Assembly (NCBI GenBank): GCA_964016885.1 | Contig: OZ024763.1 | Location: forward strand, 21,762,001-21,826,000 | Direction of reading: 5' to 3' | Source: Eledone cirrhosa | Lineage: Eukaryota | Length of the DNA stretch: 64,000 nt | Shown here: positions 1 through 13,800 of the stretch, in pieces | Layout of the letters: each line of letters opens with the position of its first letter | Numbering within the stretch: the first letter of the stretch is position 1 | Notes under the pieces: model-generated | Databases searched by the model: none | Seen by the model: the letters and a program-made list of their open reading frames with translations, nothing else | Told to the model about the DNA's origin: nothing | Position numbers and translations under genes: made by a program

Positions 1-434
1 AAAATGAAAGCAATTGATCAGTAGATTGGACCAAGGAAACAATGTTTTCACTAGACTTTCCATTGCTATTTCACATTCACTTCCCCATTGCTAGTAGTAG
101 TAGTAGTTTGTGATTAACTCTAGTAAATATTTGTCATGGTGGTTGTAGTTATCAATGGAATTCCTAGTGAGGGGGTGGCTGCCATAATAGACTTGGCCAT
201 ATTTTAGTCAATACAGGGAAAATGAAGGAAAAATAATAGAAAAATACCACATCAAAAAGCCCCTCAGGAGTGTGGTGATGGTGGGGGGTGCTGGTTGTGG
301 TTTGGTGGTGGTGATGGTGGGGCATAGATATATTAGTTCACTGTGATGAGAGAGCGGACACATTCAACATCTAACATATATATATATATACATATTATAT
401 GTTTATAGATATATCTAATATATATATATATATG

Positions 435-484
<50 letters not shown>

Positions 485-582
485 AAAGTGTTAAACGATA
501 TTCAATGAGTATATCAAAGAATGAATTTTACAGTAGATTGGAAGCACTCTACGGAAAAAAATAGTTTTCCGGAGTTATTAAT

Positions 583-762
583 ATTAAAATATAAATATTA
601 ATAAAATAGATGTTCTTTTGATCAATTACATTTTATTATACATATTTCGGAGGTACAACAGTACGTCCTCATCAGATGAGGATTACTCTTGTATAATAAA
701 ATGTATAATAAAATGTAATTGATCAAAAGAACATCTATTTTATTAATCTTTATATTTTAATA
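583..762 (-). mobile_element. Penelope-like fragment: ~60-bp inverted arms around a disrupted hammerhead core
   Basis: Arms 583-643 and 702-762 are reverse complements. The minus strand at ~640-680 reads CTGATGA-GGAcgtac..gtaccTCC-GAAA-TAtgTA-TA, with stem I broken. Related sequence lies at 46660-46760. Confidence 0.55.
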
Positions 763-856
763 TATATATATATATGAAATACATATATGAAATACAATCT
801 CTATATATATATATATATGCACCCATACTTATATCTATATTTTATTATATAAAGTA

Positions 857-904
857 CTTCTACAGGACTAGAACTGTTCCATGTATAAGAAATCATCAGG
901 GAAG
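857..904 (-). ncRNA. Degenerate hammerhead motif, same family as 2991-3096
   Basis: Minus strand cttcc-CTGATGA-tttcttatacat-GGAA-cagttctagtcctg-TA-gaag; the GAAA box is mutated to GGAA. Confidence 0.45.
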
Positions 905-1017
905 TTTGCAGTCATCCCCCAATATACATCAGGGGGTGGTGGTGATGATGATAATGATTGTACTGATGATGGGTTTTCTTGATCAGAATCCATTGGGGTG
1001 GGGTGGGTGGGGGTATT

Positions 1018-1198
1018 AACAACAACAACAACAGCAGCAACAATAAAAACAACAGCAGCAGCAGCAACAACAACAACAGCCACCACAGCCGCCACCACCA
1101 TAACAACAACAACAACAACAATAAAAACAACAGCAGCAGCAGCAACAACAACAGCCACCACTGCCGCCACCACCACCACAACAACAACAACAGCAACA
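1018..1198 (+). repeat. (CAA/CAG/CAC)n trinucleotide microsatellite
   Basis: Directly visible; explains the poly-T/N/V/L ORFs. Confidence 0.95.
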
Positions 1199-1526
1199 TA
1201 ATATTTCCCTATCTCAACTCTAAATGTTACAGCCATCAGCAAGTGTAGAGCACCCCCCCCCCATTAGTATATGATACTAGTTTATCAGCAGTAACATTAC
1301 AGCCTTCTGTTAACCCCGGTTGTTAACCCTTTCACCTTATGTGCACCTCCTCATGTTAACCCTTTGATAACATTACCAACCCTGTGTCAGATATCAACCT
1401 GGTCCCTAAATCAATTCTATAACTGAAGGTATCTAAGTCATTTGGCTTTCCTTATTCTTAAGTTTTATGTTTTCACATTTTCTCAGAACTGTCAAAGAAC
1501 TGTTGAAAAGGAGAGCTTATGATGAC

Positions 1527-1560
<34 letters not shown>

Positions 1561-1561
<1 letters not shown>

Positions 1562-1757
1562 CTCGCAATGAAACTTGATGTGGATTTAACCCCAAAAACT
1601 CTTTCCGAGCAATATAAGGAACACTTTTGATTATTTATGCCCTTGAGAAGCCCAACTGGGCGAAACGTACGTAGGTGCTGTTTTAAATAAACATGTTTTA
1701 GCGGTCTATTCTCCGATTTTTTACTTTCCCACGTGCTTACGCTCTGCTAACTCTCTA

Positions 1758-1758
<1 letters not shown>
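1561..1758 (+). mobile_element. Penelope-like pLTR fragment with variant hammerhead (1640-1675)
   Basis: CTTGAGAA-GCCC-aact-GGGC-GAAA-CGTACG-TA-gg followed by AATAAA; flanked by (TA)n on both sides. The core is non-canonical. Confidence 0.45.
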
Positions 1759-1794
<36 letters not shown>

Positions 1795-1796
<2 letters not shown>

Positions 1797-1893
1797 AGGT
1801 GTCCCTCAAAATGTATACACACTTGAACAGCATTCTAATAAATATTGCCTGTGCGGGTAATCAAAATATGTATACCTTTTTGGGGACACTCTG
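1795..1893. mobile_element. Tc1/mariner-type MITE
   Basis: ~24-bp imperfect terminal inverted repeats (CAAGGTGTCCCTCAAAATGTATAC / GTATACCTTTTTGGGGACACTCTG) between TA dinucleotides. Confidence 0.75.
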
Positions 1894-1912
1894 TATATAT
1901 ATGTATACATAC

Positions 1913-1946
<34 letters not shown>

Positions 1947-2220
1947 ATGTATATATATATATGTGTGTGTTTGTGCGTATATGTATATATATATATATAT
2001 ACATACATATACACATGTGTGAGTTGAAATGATTAGTTAAGCAAGCAGTATTTGGTATTTCAACTTAGAATGTTGAGAATGACTTTAGAAATCTATAACA
2101 GATCAAAGAGGTTCCCTGGCACAATTAATAGATGGAATCACCAAACCACAGCTCCAAAGATAGTGCTGAAACACATATACATTTACATGTACATATATAT
2201 ATATATACATATATATATAC

Positions 2221-2251
<31 letters not shown>

Positions 2252-2252
2252 C

Positions 2253-2333
<81 letters not shown>

Positions 2334-2402
2334 GAGGGAGTGCTTTTAATCTATTGTAAAACTATATTCATTGAGTAATCAATGAACCATATTAATCTTT
2401 GG

Positions 2403-2860
<458 letters not shown>

Positions 2861-2863
2861 AAA

Positions 2864-2897
<34 letters not shown>

Positions 2898-2990
2898 TCA
2901 TATATACGTTATTCCGGGTTGAATCGGAGGTAACCACAGTAAGTAAGGTACTCAATACATAGCAGAGTATAAATGTTTTAATATAGAAAA

Positions 2991-3039
2991 GCTTCTACAG
3001 GACTAGAACTGTTTCATTCATGAGAAATCATCAGGAAGC
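2991..3039 (-). ncRNA. Type I hammerhead ribozyme motif (left arm of palindrome)
   Basis: Minus strand gcttc-CTGATGA-tTTCtcatGAAt-GAAA-CAGttctagtcCTG-TA-gaagc; GUA cleavage triplet; stem II short. Confidence 0.7.
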
Positions 3040-3043
3040 CCTG

Positions 3044-3096
3044 AAGCTTCCTGATGATTTCTCACAAATGAAACAGTTCTAGTCCTGTAGAAGCTT
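3044..3096 (+). ncRNA. Type I hammerhead ribozyme motif (right arm of palindrome)
   Basis: aagcttc-CTGATGA-tttctcacaaat-GAAA-CAGttctagtcCTG-TA-gaagctt; 7-bp stem I, weak stem II. Confidence 0.65.
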
Positions 3097-3106
3097 TTCT
3101 ATATTA

Positions 3107-3142
<36 letters not shown>

Positions 3143-3254
3143 ACACTTATATGTATATATACACACATACACACACACATACATACTTACGCATACACTG
3201 CCACTGATGATGATGATGATGATGATGACTGCCACAAGCCTTGTAACACACACA

Positions 3255-3660
3255 TACACATACATCACAACATGTCGCTACCAGCACAATCTCTTTACCT
3301 GAACACTACATTTAATTCCCTTTATACCCAGTTTCACTTTCAGCTCATGTACGCTTACCTTTCCTCTACTACTGCTTCTTGTCACTGGTTCTTCACCCTA
3401 CAATCACCCTCCATACACTCACACATGTCGATACCAGCAGAATCCCCTGAGAAGTCTACTACACTTAATTCCTCTTATACCCAGTTTCCATCTCAGCTCA
3501 TCCATGCTTGGCCATCCTCTTGTACAGCTCTCTTCCACTAAGAACTTCAACCACTTCTTCACCCTACACTCATCATCCTATACACATCACACATGTCGAT
3601 ACCAGCAGAATCTCCCCCAGTTTCTCTCTCTACCTCATCCATGCTTTACTTTATTATACT
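3255..3660 (-). mobile_element. Degraded RTE LINE C-terminal segment in ~3 tandem partial copies
   Basis: cacatgtcgataccagcagaatc-like motif at ~3270, 3422 and 3590; the reverse complement corresponds to the LRWxGHV region seen at 40830. Confidence 0.55.
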
Positions 3661-3930
3661 CATTAACATCCCAGCATCCATGGAAGTATTGCATTTCTTA
3701 AAACAAACCAGATTTGAGGGGTTTGCTGTTGTCCACGTTTAATCTCTGCTACACAAACTACATTCATCTCATCTGTCGACAGAGACTATCTCCCCTCACC
3801 TCATATTAATGGCTTCAGCTCCCAGTAGGGGCGCTCTCTACTTAAATTGTTAATGTCATTAAGCTTTGATTTGCATCACAAATTTACAAATTTCTCCTGA
3901 CTAAATAACTAAGTATATATTTGACTTCTC

Positions 3931-4190
3931 CTACTGCTGCTACTACTACTACTGCTGCTCATGATACTACTACTACTACTACTGCTGCTGTTGCTGCTGC
4001 TACTACTGCTGCTGGTGCTGCTACTACTACTATTGTTGCTGCTGTTGCTACTGTTACTACTACTACTACTACTGCTACTACTACTACTACCACTACTACT
4101 ACTACTACTATTGCTACTACTACTACTACTACTACAACAACTACTACTATTACTACCACCAACAACTACTATTACTACCACCAACACTAT
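3931..4190 (+). repeat. (CTA/CTG)n microsatellite
   Basis: Directly visible. Confidence 0.95.
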
Positions 4191-4678
4191 TCTGTTGCTA
4201 AAGATGGAACCTCTATTATCAACCCCCTATAATTCAATAAATGAAACACACATATATATATATATATAATCTATTGATATATTATTAATCATTTCCTGTG
4301 ATGAAGCTCTGTACTATTTTCCTCGGAATTCCTTAAGGATGGCAGTGTTTTTCACAATCTTCTCCTGTTCAACTGATAAAACCATAAACATGATATTTAT
4401 AGCTGTATTTATAAGGAATGGATGTCATGTCTTATTTATTTCCTATCTTAAACAAGTTCCATATGCCTTTCCTCAAGCCAGCTATTGAAAAAATTCAACA
4501 ACAAAAAAAAAATATCAGAAAATATTTAGAAATATGGAAACAACAGTAGAGCTGAACAGTGGTAGAGCAGTAAATGCTATCAGCATTATGATTGGAAGAT
4601 TAGGTCTCTCTCTCTCATTTGCTTTAATATTCTTTCTGTCTTATATAACCTACAGTAATGAATGATTTAGCATCTCAT

Positions 4679-4762
<84 letters not shown>

Positions 4763-4924
4763 TTATACATATATGTATGTATATACATATATATATATAT
4801 ATAATATATATATGTGTGTGTGTATTATTTTGTTCAGTTGTGAATGATGAGTTTTGCAATCTTCTAATTCAGTTAGACTTTGATTCATTCTCAAGTGTGA
4901 GGATTCAATCCTAGCTTCATAATA

Positions 4925-5585
4925 AAGTTAACTGTACACACCATACTCCACTTAATTTTATCAGAATTCTATAACCTACTAAACCACACACCAGCTACCA
5001 GTTAATTCAATCATAAGCTCCGTAACCCACTTAATCGTACAGCAACCTCAAGTTAATTTGATCCAAACTCCATAACACACTTAATCATTCACCAACTTAC
5101 AGTTAATTTGATGCTAGCTTCATAACCTACTTAATTGTACACCAACCTCAAGTTAATTTGATCCTAGCTTCATAACCCACTTAACTATTTACTGAACTCC
5201 AGTTAATTCGATCAGAGCCCCATAAACTGCTTATCCATTCCCCAACTTTCAGTTAATTTGATGCTAGTTTCATAACCTACTTATATACCAACCTACAGTT
5301 AATTTGATCCTAGTTTCATAACCTACTTAATCATATACCAATCTCAAGTTATTTTGACCCTTGCTTCTTAACCTACTTAATCGTTCACCAACCTCAAGTT
5401 AATTTGATCCTAGCTTCATAACCCACTAAACTATATATCGAACTACAGTTAATTTGATACTAACCCTATAATGCATTTAACTATATATCAAGGTCCAATT
5501 AATTCAATCAGAGCCCCCAAACCTACTTAATTATATACTAAGCTCCAGTTATTTTGATCCTAGTTCCTTAACCTACTTAACCATA
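4925..5585 (+). repeat. Diverged ~50-bp minisatellite, ~13 units
   Basis: agttaattt(g) recurs at 5051, 5101, 5151, 5201 and 5251, each followed by ..cataacctacttaa.. Confidence 0.85.
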
Positions 5586-5854
5586 GTAATTACTATGTAT
5601 CAGGAAGACAGGTGCAACTTTACTGAGCTTCTTCTCTATATCAGATTCTGAGTTGCCTTTGTTAGCAGTCACTACCATTAATATTTCTTCTTCTTCTTCT
5701 TCTTCTTCTTCTTCTTCTTCTTCTTCTTCTTCTTCTTCTTCTTCTTCTTTTTCTTCTTCTTTTTCTTTTTCTTTTTCTTTTTCTTTTTCTTCTTTTTCTT
5801 TTTCTTTTTCTTTTCCTTCTCCTCCTTCTCCTTCTTCTCCTTCTTCTGCTTCTT

Positions 5855-6700
5855 CTGAGGAGTGTCATGGGGTCAGAGTCCTCAAACACTCCTTCCAGAA
5901 GGTCTTGTCAAACGCAACCACCTCCAACTGATCCCCAAGCAACACCAGCCAACCTCATGGATGTTATCCAACTATCTTGCTTGAGGGTCTACCCCTGGGT
6001 CTCTTGCTGGTTAGTTTTGCCCATAAAATCTGTCAAGCGATTCTTTCGTGAGATATTCGAACAACATGCCCATAGTATCGGAGGTATGATCTCTCAATTT
6101 GGAGAAGTAGCGACTCTACCTGGAGCAACTCCAGTAATTCTTTCCCGAGACATTCTAAACACATCTGTGGTATCAGAGCTGTGATCTCTCAATTCGGAAA
6201 AGTAGCGACTCTACCTGGAGTGACTCCATTAATTCTTTCCTGAGACATTCTAAACACATCTGTGGTATCAGAGCTGTGATCTCTCAATTCGGAAAAGTAG
6301 CGACTCTACCTGGAGTGACTCCATTAATTCTTTCCTGAGACATTCTAAACACATCTGTGGTATCAGAGCTGTGATCTCTCAATTCGGAAAAGTAGCGACT
6401 CTACCTGGAGTGACTCCATTAATTCTTTCCTGAGACATTCTAAACACATCTGTGGTATCAGAGCTGTGATCTCTCAATTCGGAAAAGTAGCGACTCTACC
6501 TGGAGTGACTCCATTAATTCTCTCCTGAGACATTCTAACCACATGACCATAGTATTGGAGCTGTGATCCCTCAAATCTGTCCAGTGATTCTTTCCCGAGT
6601 CCTTCTAACCACATGTCACTGTATCGGAGCTGTGATCTCTCAATTCTGAGAAGTAGCAGCTCTTTACTAAGTATCTTCTCTATATCAGATTCTTAGCTGC
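5855..6700 (-). mobile_element. RTE-clade LINE 3' fragment with (GAA)n tail and an internal 95-bp tandem array (~6090-6560)
   Basis: gtgatctctcaattc at 6181, 6276, 6371 and 6466 (period 95). Homologous to 24250-26090 and 53480-53800; the (TTC)n tract at 5685-5850 is the tail. Confidence 0.8.
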
Positions 6701-7369
6701 TTTTGTTAGCAAGGTCACTGCCATAAATATTTAAAACATTGTATCAAAATTATAATTCTCATTTCTCTCCCTTCTCCCTTCGCTTCATTTATACATATAA
6801 AATCTTATTTCTTTTTTCTCTTCTCTGTATGAATTCAATATTTCATTTATGAATCTCTTTAACTAATATAAAATGGATAAAATTTAATGTTTTATAACAT
6901 TAAGTGATTATTGTAATGTTGTAATGTTGTAGTATGAAAGACAAAAACCATCCACAGAGAAACACTGAAAGAAAAAGAAAAAATAATGTTATATTAAATT
7001 TCTTAAGTTCTTGTTTTGTCTTAATGTATAACAGTCAGATATGTGTGTGTGGGTGTTGAGGTGAGGTGGGGGATGGGGGTGGAGATTGGGGGGGGGGGGG
7101 GGGAGACAATGGTTAGAAAATGGTTTAAAGAAAAAATTGTTGTTTAAGAAAAAAGTAAGGAAATAGAATTCTCAGGAATTTTAGAGAAATGGAAAATATT
7201 GTGAGAATATTAGGTTTTTTTTTCATGTATTCTTTACTAAAATGTGTGGTGTTGTGTTGTGTTGGAGGAGGGGGTGTTGTGCTGTTAATTATTAGTGGGT
7301 AATTTAACCTCTGTCTCTTTAGTGCATAAATATAATTTCCTCCTTCTCACCCTCTTCCTCCTCCTGCTC

Positions 7370-7407
<38 letters not shown>

Positions 7408-7429
7408 TATCAATCTATCATTATTAATA

Positions 7430-7620
7430 TGTATAGTGGATTGGCAGAATTGGTAGAGCATTGGATAACATGCTTTGTTGTATATAGTCACATCCATTTA
7501 CATTCTGAGTTCAAATCCCGCCGAGGTTAGCTTTGCTGTTCATCCTTACGGGGTTGATAAAATAATAAAATAAAGTACCAGTAATGTACTGGAGTTGATT
7601 TAATCAACTTTCCCCTTCTC
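7430..7620 (+). mobile_element. SINE with Nin/Deu-like domain
   Basis: gagttcaaatcccgccgaggttagctttgc..catccttacggggttgataaaat..aaagtaccag; another copy lies at 9665-9790. Confidence 0.75.
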
Positions 7621-7646
7621 CCTTCTCTCCCAGGAGTTATATTGAC

Positions 7647-7681
<35 letters not shown>

Positions 7682-7889
7682 TAGACCTATAACCGTGCGA
7701 GCCTACCAGGAGTTATACAAGGCCCATACATTATATATATATTATATATATATATACCTATAACCCTGCAAGATACCAGGAGTTATATAAGACCCATATA
7801 TACATATACCAATAGTATAGTTTGTCTACCAACTTATTGAAACTGTAGTTGATCTACACCTTCGTCTAGGCCCATATATATATATACCG

Positions 7890-8572
7890 GCAGTGAAGTT
7901 TGTCTGCCAGCAGTGTAGTTTGTCTGCCAGCAGTGTAGTTTGTCTACCAACAGTGTCGTGTGTCTACCAGCAGTGTAGTTTGTCTGCCAATAGTGTAGTT
8001 TGTCTACCAGCAGTGTAGTTTCTCTACCGCGAGTATAGTTTCTCTACCAACAGTGTAGTGTGTCTACAAATTGTATAGTTTGTCTACCAACTCTATAGTT
8101 TGTCTAACAACAGTATAGTTTGTCTACCAACAGTGTAGTGTGTCTACCAATTGTATAGTTTGTCTACCAACTCTATAGTTTGTCTAACAACAGTATAGTT
8201 TGTCTAACAACAGTGTAGTGTGTCTACCAATTGTATAGTTTGTCTACCAACTGTATAGTTTGTCTAACAACAGTATAGTTTGTCTACCAACAGTGTAGTG
8301 TGTCAACCAACTGTGTAGTGTGTCTACCAACTGTGTAGTTTGTCTACCAACAGTGTAGTGTGTCTAACAACAGTATAGTTTGTCTAACAACAGTATAGTT
8401 TGTCTAACAACTGTATAGTTTGTCTAACAACAGTATAGTTTGTCTAACAACAATATAGTTTGTCTACCAACAGTGTAGTTTGTCTGCCAGCAGTGTAGTT
8501 TGTTTACCAACAGTGTAGTGTGTCTACAAACAGTATAGTGTGTCTACCACCAATGTAGTGTGTCTACCAACA
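7890..8572 (+). repeat. 20-bp minisatellite (cagtgtagtttgtctaccaa), ~34 units
   Basis: Directly visible period of 20. Confidence 0.95.
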
Positions 8573-8829
8573 TTCTAAAACGCTAGTTGCTCTACAACCT
8601 TGTTTAGGTTGCCAGTGTTATGAAATTCTTTCTCCTATGAAACCTTAGTTGATAAACATTTGTTATATTCTGACAATAGTTGGTGGTTCCCTCTATATAA
8701 CTGATTGCTGTAACAGAACAATACTGCTTTCAATTGAATCTCATCAATCGATCTCTGACTATCATTGATTCTTCTCTCTATACAACTGTGGAACATTATT
8801 CCTTCCTATTTGCTATTTCTGCTTTTACC

Positions 8830-8924
8830 ATTATCATTATTATTATTTTTATTATTATTATTATTATTATTGTTATTATCAAAATTATTGTTATTGTTAC
8901 TACTACTACTACTACTACTGTTGT

Positions 8925-8985
<61 letters not shown>

Positions 8986-8987
8986 GT

Positions 8988-9040
<53 letters not shown>

Positions 9041-9076
9041 TTACTGCTGTTACTACTACTGTTACTACTACTGCTA

Positions 9077-9109
<33 letters not shown>

Positions 9110-9110
9110 T
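8830..9110 (+). repeat. (TTA)n/(CTA)n microsatellite
   Basis: Directly visible. Confidence 0.95.
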
Positions 9111-9111
9111 T

Positions 9112-9656
9112 GATGAGTCTATTTTGAAGATCACCCCACCGTCTTCCTTTGGAGGGGAAGGACAGGCAGTTTTCATCTGTCTGGTGGCCATGGCGAAAGA
9201 GGTCGTGTGGTAGACACATTTGAAAGGGTTGCAGACAGCCATTTTCCTCTTTGGCGAAGCTCTGATTAAGTTTTTCAGGTTTCACTTGAAGAGGAAAATC
9301 AGGGTGGAGAGGGAAGTGCTGCCTCCCAACCAGTTTATTGAAAGGTGGGTGAGAGGGAGGGGTGAGCATGGTCCATGTGAATGGGCCTGCCTTGAGTATA
9401 CACCTGTAGACTGGAGTAGAAAGACTGGGAGAGGTCACTTTGCCCTAGCGGACAGGGTGACCGTGACTTTTGTAGGATTTCTACATGAGTGACCCTTAGA
9501 GTCTCCTCACCTTTGGAGATGTTATGTTTGTTTTAAATGTTTATTTTCTTAGTCTCTTTTATAAATTATATTTTACATGAAAAAATCCCACACACTGTAT
9601 TGTACTGTACTGTCTTTAATGTTTCCTTAATGTGAACCCTGTGTGGCTAATAAAGA
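9112..9656 (+). mobile_element. L1/Tx1-like LINE 3' end (ORF2 C-terminus remnant plus 3' UTR)
   Basis: Translates ..AVFICLVAMAKEVVW*THLKGLQ..FFRFHLKRKIRVEREVLPPNQFIERWV with an in-frame stop; ends ctgtgtggctaataaaga. A homologous copy is at 41240-41610. Clade assignment is from recalled motif style. Confidence 0.6.
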
Positions 9657-9949
9657 CAGCAACGATCTGAGTTCAAATCCCGCTGAGGTTGACTTTGCCT
9701 TTCATCCTTACGGGGTCGATAAAATATAGTACCAGTAATGCACTGGGTAATTGCTGGCCTCGTGCCTAAAGTAGAAACAATTATTATTATTATATCATCA
9801 TCATTTAACGTCCATTTTCAACACTTGCATGGGTTAGATGGGTTATCACATTGCAAGACAAGTCAGGTTAGGAGTCCACATGAAGCTCATATGGATCTGT
9901 ATTTTGGCTTGGCCTCTACAGCTTGATGCCCTTGCTAGTGTCAACCATG

Positions 9950-10270
9950 TTTCAGTGTGGCCTGGGTGTTTTATATCATGGCACTGAAACAATGACCTAC
10001 CAGGGTCAACTGAGCTCTTTTTGTTGTGTCACCAACATGATTACCTTATAGAGTGGACTGGGCACTTTTTGTCATGTCACCAACACAACCGCTTTACAAT
10101 GTGGACAGGGCTCTTTTTGTCGTGATACCAGCACGACCACCATGTAAAGTGGACTGGGTGTTTTTTGTCATGTCACCAACCCAACCACAGTGTGGACTGG
10201 GTGCTCTTTGTTGTCACCAACACAACGACCTTGCAGTGTGGACTGGGTGCTTTCTGTCATGTCACTAGCA
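9950..10270 (-). repeat. ~44-bp degenerate tandem repeat within an RTE-related SINE-like element
   Basis: gtggactgggtg..tttgtcatgtcaccaac repeated ~7 times after gatgcccttgctagtgtcaacc. Confidence 0.6.
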
Positions 10271-10821
10271 TGACAGGATGGGCCTCTGTGCTTTTTATTT
10301 AATTTTACCACCCTCGCTCAAACAAACGACAGTGGATCTCAGTTGAAAACACTTAAAATAGACCCAATGGCTCGTGACTGGAGATAATATTACATCAACA
10401 CACAGGCTGAGCTATAAAACACTAGTAATTACCTTGGTTATATGTTATAAAAATAGATAACTGTCGACACCAACACCGACACCATGAACATTAATTATAT
10501 CTACAGTAGTTCACTAATTCTCTCTTCATTCTCATTATGTATTTATTTCTAAACTTTGATTTTGTCCCCGCCTACCTCCTTTTTTCCCCCTTTTTTTCAT
10601 CCATAAATGGTTTCATCATAGAATCCTCTTCTGATAGGTCCCCCCCCCCCCCCCCCCCACCTGTCAATCAACCCACAACCACACCCACAAACATGTAGAT
10701 TTAAACCAAATGAAATCAATCAGATTTATTTTCTCATTTGCTGTAGTAAAATTTGGAAATGATGTTAATGAGAGCAAACTTGAGGTTTTACCTTATTACT
10801 CCTACACCAAGATAGCAACTT

Positions 10822-13800
10822 TGGTAGACCACATTACTGTCATAAACTCCTGTCTCACCTCCTCCATGGTACACCACATTACTGTCAGAAACTCCTGTCT
10901 CACCTCCTCCATGGTAGACCACATAACTGTCAGAAACTCCTGTCTCACATCCTCCATGGTAGACCACATAACTGTCAGAAACTCCTGTCTCACATCCTCC
11001 ATGGTAGACCACATAACTGTCAGAAACTCCTGTCTCACCTCCTCCATGGTACACCACATAACTGTCAGAAACTCATGTCTCACCTCCTCCATGGTACACC
11101 ACATTACTGTCAGAAACTCATGTCTCACCTCCTCCATGGTACACCACATTACTGTCAGAAACTCATGTCTCACCTCCTCCATGGTCCACCACATTACTGT
11201 CAGAAACTCATGTCTCACCTCCTCCATGGTACACCACATTACTGTCAGAAACTCCTGTCTCACCTCCTCCATGGTACACCACATAACTGTCAGAAACTCC
11301 TGTCTCACCTCCTCCATGGTACACCACATTACTGTCAGAAACTCATGTCTCACCTCCTCCATGGTACACCACATAACTGTCAGAAACTCCTGTCTCACCT
11401 CCTCCATGGTACACCACATTACTGTCAGAAACTCATGTCTCACCTCCTCCATGGTACACCACATTACTGTCAGAAACTCCTGTCTCACCTCCTCCATGGT
11501 ACACCACATAACTGTCAGAAACTCCTGTCTCACCTCCTCCATGGTACACCACATTACTGTCAGAAACTCATGTCTCACCTCCTCCATGGTACACCACATT
11601 ACTGTCAGAAACTCCTGTCTCACCTCCTCCATGGTACACCACATAACTGTCAGAAACTCCTGTCTCACCTCCTCCATGGTACACCACATTACTGTCAGAA
11701 ACTCATGTCTCACCTCCTCCATGGTACACCACATTACTGTCAGAAACTCCTGTCTCACCTCCTCCATGGTACACCACATAACTGTCAGAAACTCCTGTCT
11801 CACCTCCTCCATGGTACACCACATTACTGTCAGAAACTCATGTCTCACCTCCTCCATGGTACACCACATTACTGTCAGAAACTCCTGTCTCACCTCCTCC
11901 ATGGTACACCACATAACTGTCAGAAACTCCTGTCTCACCTCCTCCATGGTACACCACATTACTGTCAGAAACTCCTGTCTCACCTCCTCCATGGTACACC
12001 ACATAACTGTCAGAAACTCATGTCTCACCTCCTCCATGGTACACCACATTACTGTCAGAAACTCATGTCTCACCTCCTCCATGGTACACCACATTACTGT
12101 CAGAAACTCCTGTCTCACCTCCATGATACACCACATTACTGTCAGAAACTCCTGTCTCACCTCCTCCATGATACACCACATTACTGTCAGAAACTCCTGT
12201 CTCACCTCCTCCATGATACACCACATTACTGTCAGAAACTCATGTCTCACCTCCTCCATGGTACACCACATTACTGTCAGAAACTCCTGTCTCACCTCCT
12301 CCATGGTAGACCACATTACTGTCAGAAACTCATGTCTCACCTCCTCCATGATACACCACATTACTGTCAGAAACTCCTGTCTCACCTCCTCCATGATACA
12401 CCACATTACTGTCAGAAACTCCTGTCTCACCTCCTCCATGGTAGACCACATAACTGTCAGAAACTCCTGTCTCACCTCCTCCATGGTACACCACATTACT
12501 GTCAGCAGCTCCTGTCTCACCTCCTCCATGGTAGACCACATTACTGTCAGAAACTCCTGTCTCACCTCCTCCATGGTACACCACATTACTGTCAAAAACT
12601 CCTGTCTCACCTCCTCCATGGTACACCACATTACTGTCAGAAACTCCTGTCTCACCTCCTCCATGGTAGACCACATTACTGTCAGAAACTCCTGTCTCAC
12701 CTCCTCCATGGTAGACCACATAACTGTCAGAAACTCCTGTCTCACCTCCTCCATGGTACACCACATAACTGTCAGAAACTCCTGTCTCACCTCCTCCATG
12801 GTAGACCACATAACTGTCAGAAACTCCTGTCTCACCTCCTCCATGGTAGACCACATTACTGTCAGAAACTCCTGTCTCACCTCCTCCATGGTACACCACA
12901 TAACTGTCAGAAACTCCTGTCTCACCTCCTCCAAGGTAGACCACATTACTGTCAGAAACTCCTGTCTCACCTCCTCCATGGTAGACCACATTACTGTCAG
13001 AAACTCCTGTCTCCCCTCCTCCATGGTACACCACATTACTGTCAGAAACTCCTGTCTCACCTCCTCCATGGTACACCACATTACTGTCAGAAACTCCTGT
13101 CTCACCTCCTCCATGGTACACCACATTACTGTCAGAAACTCCTGTCTCCCCTCCTCCATGGTAGACCACATAACTGTCAGAAACTCCTGTCTCACCTCCT
13201 CCATGGTACACCACATTACTGTCAGAAACTCCTGTCTTCCCTCCTCCATGGTAGATCACATTACTGTCAGAAACTCCTGTCTTCCCTCCTCCATGGTAGA
13301 CCACATTACTGTCAGAAACTCCTGTCTCACCTCCTCCATGGTACACCACATTACTGTCAGAAACTCCTGTCTCACCTCCTCCATGGTACACCACATAACT
13401 GTCAGAAACTCCTGTCTTCCCTCCTCCATGGTAGACCACATTACTGTCAGAAACTCCTGTCTCACCTCCTCCATGGTACACCACATTACTGTCAGAAACT
13501 CCTGTCTTCCCTCCTCCATGGTACACCACATTACTGTCAGAAACTCCTGTCTCACCTCCTCCATGGTACACCACATTACTGTCAGAAACTCCTGTCTCAC
13601 CTCCTCCATGGTACACCACATTACTGTCAGAAACTCCTGTCTTCCCTCCTCCATGGTACACCACATTACTGTCAGAAACTCCTGTCTCACCTCCTCCATG
13701 ATACACCACATTACTGTCAGAAACTCCTGTCTCCTCTCCTACATGGTACACCACATTACTGTCAGAAACTCCTGTCTCCTCTCCTACATGGTACACCACA

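Noticed and set aside
2052-2170. ORF segment [21 protein letters not shown] resembling the missing upstream CAMTA exon (..LPKERHRWNTNE)
   Set aside because: Only RWN matches, there is no GT donor at the required phase-0 position, and the frame runs into (TA)n; judged chance.
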